This document shows positions 1 to 64,000 of a stretch of DNA of 64,000 nucleotides, in pieces; positions within the stretch are counted from its first letter, which is position 1; the number at the start of each line of letters is the position of its first letter. Below the pieces are notes generated by a model. That model saw only the letters and a program-made list of their open reading frames with translations. It was not told the origin of the DNA and did no database searches. The stretch lies in assembly GCF_009914755.1 (NCBI RefSeq), contig NC_060925.1, one strand, 5' to 3'. This DNA is from the human T2T-CHM13v2.0 reference genome, Homo sapiens. Position numbers and translations under genes: made by a program.

Positions 1-3000
1 CATAACTTTCCCTCTAAACACTGCTATAGCTGTGTCCCAGAGATTCCGGTACGTTGTGTCTTTGTTCTCATTGGTTTCAAATAACTTATTTATTTCTGCC
101 TTCATTTCATTATTTACCCAGTAGTCATTCAGGAGCAGGTTGTTCAGTTTCCATGTAGTTGTGCAGTTTTGAGTGAGTTTCTTAATCTTGAGTTCTAGTT
201 TGATGGCACTGTGGTCTGAGAGACTGTTTGTTATGATTTCCATTCTTTTGAATTTGCTGAGTGTTTTACTTCCAATTATGTGATCGATTTTAGAATAAGT
301 GCTATATGGTGCTGAGAAGAATGTATATTCTGTTGATTTGGGGTGGAGAGTTCTGTAGATGTCTGTTAGGTCTGCTTGGTCCTGAGCTGAGTTCAATTCC
401 TGAATATCCTTGTTAATTTTCTGTTTCATTGATCTGTCTAATATTGACAGTGGTATGTTAAAATCTTCCACTATTATTGTGTGGGAGTCTAAGTCTCTCT
501 GTAGGTCTCTAAGAATTTGCTTTATGAATCTGGGTGCTCCTGTATTGGGTGCATATGTATTTAGGATAGTTAGCTCTTCTTGCTGCATTGATTCCTTTAC
601 CATTATGTAATGCCCTTTTTTGTCTCTTTCGATCTTTGTTGGTTTAAAGTCTGTTTTATCAGAGACGAGGATTGCAATCGCTGCTTTTTTTGCTTTCCAT
701 TTGCTTGGTAAATCTTCCTCCAGCCCTTTATTTTGACCTATGTGTGTCTTTGCACGTGAGATGGGTCTCCTGAATACAGCACACCAGTGGGTCTTGACTT
801 TATCCAATTTACCAGTCTGTGTCTTTTAATTGGGGCATTTAGCCCATTTACATTTAAAGTTAATATAGTTATGCGTGAATTTGATCCTGTCATTATGATG
901 CTAGCTGCAGTTTTTTTGCCCGTTAGTTGATGCAGTTTCTTCATAGTGTTAATGGTCTTTACATTTTGGTATGTTTTTGCAGTGGCTGGTACCAGTTTTT
1001 CCCTTCCATATTTAGTGCTTCCCTCAGGAGCTCTTATAAGGTAGGCCTGATGGTGACAAAATCCCTCAGCATTTGCTTGTCTGTAAAGGATTTTATTTCT
1101 CCTTCACTTACAAAGCTTAGCTTGGCTGGATATGAAATTCTTGGTTGAAAATTATTTTCTTTAAGAAGGCTGAATATTGGCCCTTACTCTCTTCTGGTTT
1201 GTAGGGATTCTGCAGAGAGATCCACTGTTAGTCTGATGGGCTTCCCTCTGTGGGTAACCCGACCTTTCTCTCTGGCTGCCTTTAACATTTTTTCCTTCAT
1301 TTCAACCTTGGTGAATCTGAGGATTATGCATCTTAGGGTTGCTCTTCTCGAGGAGTATCTTTGTAGTGTTCTCTGTATTTCCTGGATTTGAATGTTGGCC
1401 TGTCTTGCTAGGTTGGGTAAGTTCTCCTGGATAATATCCTGAAGTGTGTTTTCCAACTTGGTTCCATTCTCTCCATCACTTTCAAGTACACCAATCAAAT
1501 GTTGGTTTAGTCTTTTCACATGGTCACATATTTCTTGGAGGCTTTGTTCATTCTTTTTCATTCTTTTTTCTCTAGTCTTGCCTTCATGCTTTATTTCATT
1601 AAGCTGATTTTCAATCTCTGATAGCCTTTCTTCTGCTTGATTGATTCGGCTACTGATATTTGGGTATGCTTCACGAAGTTTTCGTGCTGGGTTTTTCAGC
1701 TCCATCAGGTCATTTATGTTCTTCTCTAAACTAGTTATTCTAGTTAGCAATTCCTCTAATCTTTTATCAAGGTTCTTAGCTTCCTCGCATTGGGTTAGAA
1801 CATGCTCCTTTAGCTCAGAGGAGTTTCTTATTACCCACCTTCTGAAGCCTACTTTTGTCAACTCATCAAACTCATTCTCCGTCCAGTTTTGTTCCCTTGC
1901 TAGCAAGGAGTTGTGATCCTTTGGAGGAGAAGAGGCATTCTGTGTTTTGGAATTTTCAGCATTTTTGTGCTGGTTTTTCCTTATCTTTGTGGATTTATCT
2001 ACCTGTGGTCTTTGTTCTTGGTGACCTTCGGATGGAGTTTTTGTGTGGTTGTCCTTTTTGTTGATGTTGATGCTATTGCTTTCTGTTTGTTAGTTTTACA
2101 GTCAGGCCCCTCTTCTGCAGGTCTGCTGGAATTTGCTGGGGATCCACTCCAGATCCTGTTTGTCTAGGTATCACCAGCGAAGGCTGCAGAACAGCAAAGA
2201 TTGCTGCCTGCTCCTTCCGCTGGAAGCTTCATCCAAGAGGGGCACCTGCCAGATGCCAGCTGGAGCTCTCCTGTCTGTCAATCCCTGCTGGGAAGTGTCT
2301 CCCCATCAGGAGGCATGCAGATCAGGGACCCACTTGAGGCAGTCTGTCCCTTTGCAGAGCTGCGGCCACAGCTGCCCCTTCCTTCAGGTGCTCTGTCCCA
2401 GGCAGATGGGAGTTTTATCTATAAGCCCCTGACGGGGCTGCTGCCTTTCTTTCAGAGATGCCCTGCCCAGACAGGAGGTATCTAGAGAGAGAGTCTGGCT
2501 ACAGCGGCTTTGCAGCACTGAGGTCGGCTCTGCCCAGTCCAAAATTTGGGGCAGCTTTGTTTACACTGTGAGGGGAAAACTGCCTACTCAAGCCTCAGTA
2601 ATGGTGGATGCCCCTCCCCCGACCAAGCTCAGGAGTCCCAGGTCTTCTTCAGACTGCTGTGCTGGCAGTGAGAATTTCAAGCGAGTGGATCTTAGCTTGC
2701 TGGGCTCCACTGGGGTGGGATCCACTGAGCAAGACCACTTGGATTTCTGGCTTCAGCTCCCTTTCCAGGGGAGTGAATGGTTCTGTCTTGCTGGCATTCC
2801 AGGCACCACTGGGGTATGAAAAAAAACTCCTGCAGCTAGTTTGGTGTCTGCCCAAACAGCCGCCCAGTTTTGTGCTTGAAATCCAGGGCTCTTGTGGTGT
2901 AGGCACCTGAGGGAATCTCCTGGTCTGCGGGTTGTGAAGACTGTGGGAAAAGTGTAGTATCTGGGCCAGAATGCACCGTCCTTCATGGCACAGTCCCTCA

Positions 3001-3228
3001 TGGCTTTCCTTGGCTACTGGAGGGAGTTCCCTGACCCCTTGTGCTTCCTGGGTGAGGTGATGCCCCACCCTGCTTCAGTTCTCCCTCCATGGGCTGCACC
3101 CACTGTCTAACCAGTCCCAATGAGATGAACCAGGTACCTCAGTTGGAAATGCAGAAATCACCCACCTTCTGCGTTGATCTCGCTGGGAGCTGCAGACCAG
3201 AGCTGTTCCTATTTGGCCATCTTGGCCC
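1..3228 (-). mobile_element. L1PA7/8-like LINE-1, 5' portion (5'UTR, ORF1, start of ORF2), continues off left edge; inactive
   Basis: 5' end with YY1 motif CAAGATGGCC (3215-3224). ORF1 remnant ~1984-959 has start ATG->ATA and a premature TAA at 1184-1186. ORF2 begins MTGSNSRITILTLNVNGLN at 893 and frameshifts after WIKS. Confidence 0.93.
2601..2819 (+). other. L1 ORF0-like antisense ORF (72 aa, MVDAPPPTKL...SDCCAGSE...)
   Basis: ATG in GTAATGG context at the position and with the N-terminal motif of L1 ORF0 (MAGAPPP...SDCCAS); open to TGA 2817-2819. Confidence 0.6.
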
Positions 3229-5000
3229 AATCATGCCACACTCCTATAATACTTTTTTCTACGTTTTCTCACCGCATACTCTGTGATCATTTCTTCATAT
3301 TATAGTGATTTTATAATATCATTTCCTAAAAAATCTTTGGCAGAATTGATCAAATGTGTTTTTCATTTTTGATAGTTTAGAAGTTTCTTTCAACTTTCTA
3401 AGTTATTATTGACAATGACATGAATATTTTATAGGACTGCTATTACATTTGGTATAAGCAGCAATGGCTTTTCGAGGTTCTTATGCAGTGATTAATTTCA
3501 AATACTGTTTGAATCAATGACATTCATTAACCAGTTTTCCATCAATGTCCTCATTATAACAGTGTTTTCTGATATTTATGTTATTTTCATTAATGTCAAT
3601 ATTTCTTGAAAATGCAGAAAGAAATTTAAATTCTTCCAATGTGATCATATGATTCATTCTTCTTTATTACTTGGATAATTAGACAAAACAAGAGCCACTT
3701 CATTACTTATGTTCTAAATTTATTTTTTCATTTTAATAAAGTTTTGCTTTTGGTATGACCTAAAATTTTTCATTATGATTTGCTCCTCAATATCAGAATA
3801 ACCTCTACTGATTTTAGCACTCACCTTTATTTCATATTTCACGTTTTTATCTTAATTATATATATGTAAATAAAATTTTTAAATTCTAAAATAAGGCACC
3901 TCTCACATATCTACATAAGAAATCTGTAATTTCTCACTTACTTCATTGAAACACTCCAAAACATCTTGCCAAATGCAGTAAGTATTTCTTTAAAACCCAG
4001 GAATTCTGATGAATTTGATTTTATACAACTCCCAGTAAAAAAGAAAAAAAAAGTATAGCAGGTTTAGAATAGTATATACTGCTTATCAAGTATACTCAGA
4101 ATGAAGTTTCATTTTGCAAAGGTGTCAATGAAAATCTAACCCTCCATTTACAATTTTATACATCTAATAAGTGGAAATATTTATACAGAGTAGCTTCTAG
4201 ATGCATACATTATAAACCTCGTCTCTCCTATACTAACCCACATACTTCTGGTGCCAGATCCTATAGGACAAGTTTCTATTACAATATGACCTCTGGGCTT
4301 AATGTCACCCCACCGGGAAAGTTAGACCAGCAGAAAACAGAAGTATTTCTGGAAGTCATTTCTATTTCAGACAGTTTACAGTAGTTTTACTATATAGGGA
4401 AGTAACTGTGAGCAATATAAATATAATTCCCAAGTCAACTTTTTAGCCAGATCTCAAAATATCCACAGCCACTGCAACACCTGATGTGATAGGAAACCTG
4501 ACAAACAATGGGGCAAAATGCAAAGAGAAATCATTCCTAATTGATTGCAGTTCAAATGTCTTACTTTTGCAAAATGAAAACATATGACCCTGCAAACATA
4601 ATGGCAGGGCTGCTTGCACAGCCTTGGAAGGGGTGTGTGCAAGTGAGAGGCTGAAGTTTAAGCTTCGTAGCTTCACAGTAATTCTACCCTTAACTGGACC
4701 ATTCCTCAAAAGGGCATTGTTAATTCTACACTGAGTCTAAGAGGTAAGGCAGAAATCACTCAGTGTTTTTGCTTCCCATGTATACCTTCTCATCAAGGAT
4801 TGAATCATACACATTTTAGGACTATGATACACCTTTCCAACAGTACAAGCATGTGTGCACATATCTAAGTCATAAAAGATGCATAACTTATGGGCATTGT
4901 AAAAATATCAAATTATATTTTCCAAGTTCAGCATACAAAAATTTTAAATATGCAACTATATTGATTCATATGTGTTTGGGGACCTATATTTTTATTGCAG

Positions 5001-63725
<58,725 letters not shown>

Positions 63726-63767
63726 GTAAGAACTCGCTAGGAAAAATTGTTGGTCAAAAATTATCAG

Positions 63768-63971
63768 GCTGGGTCTGGCAGCTCATGCCTGTAATCCCAG
63801 CACCTTGGGAGGCTGAGGTGGACAGATTGCTTGAGCTCAGGAGTTCGAGACCACTCTGAGCAACATGGTGAAACCCTGTCTCTACAAATAATACAAAAAT
63901 TAGCTGAGTGTAGTGGTGAGCACCTGTAGTCCCAGTAACTTGCGAGGCTGAGACCCTGTCTAAAAAAAAAA
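63768..63971 (+). mobile_element. Alu with most of the right arm deleted
   Basis: gaggctgag joined directly to accctgtct and A tail. Confidence 0.8.
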
Positions 63972-64000
63972 TTCATTTGAAGAGATATATAGAAAAGTAT

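Noticed and set aside
1184-1906. 240-aa L1 ORF1 as a functional gene or active L1
   Set aside because: Start codon mutated, premature TAA at 1184-1186, ORF2 frameshifted early.

Overview
Primate (human-like) genomic DNA lying entirely inside a large + strand axonemal dynein heavy chain gene, most likely DNAH14. I traced 19 consecutive coding exons (5001-63725) that splice into one stop-free frame of 3476 nt (~1158 aa) with every intron phase matching. They cover the end of stalk CC1, the microtubule-binding domain, CC2, AAA5, buttress, AAA6 and the start of the C-terminal region. One intron is GC-AG and one is only 75 nt. Introns are rich in L1, Alu, MIR, L2, LTR and DNA-transposon relics and contain an old processed pseudogene of PLA2G12A. 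Most interesting observations: (1) an antisense L1PA7/8 whose ORF1/ORF2 are dead but whose ORF0-like ORF is open and ends on a candidate donor in frame with the next dynein exon; (2) an AluS that appears to have carried ~110 bp of 3' flank with it (TSDs enclose both); (3) a ~410-bp locally templated insertion with a palindromic snap-back junction inside an AluJ; (4) a 1.1-kb alternating purine-pyrimidine array; (5) an unusually CpG-retaining old Alu; (6) a sense THE1D LTR 29 nt after a donor. Repeat subfamily names and gene identities come from recalled consensus sequences, not searches; repeat boundaries are approximate. No prokaryotic systems, CRISPR arrays or structural RNA genes were seen.
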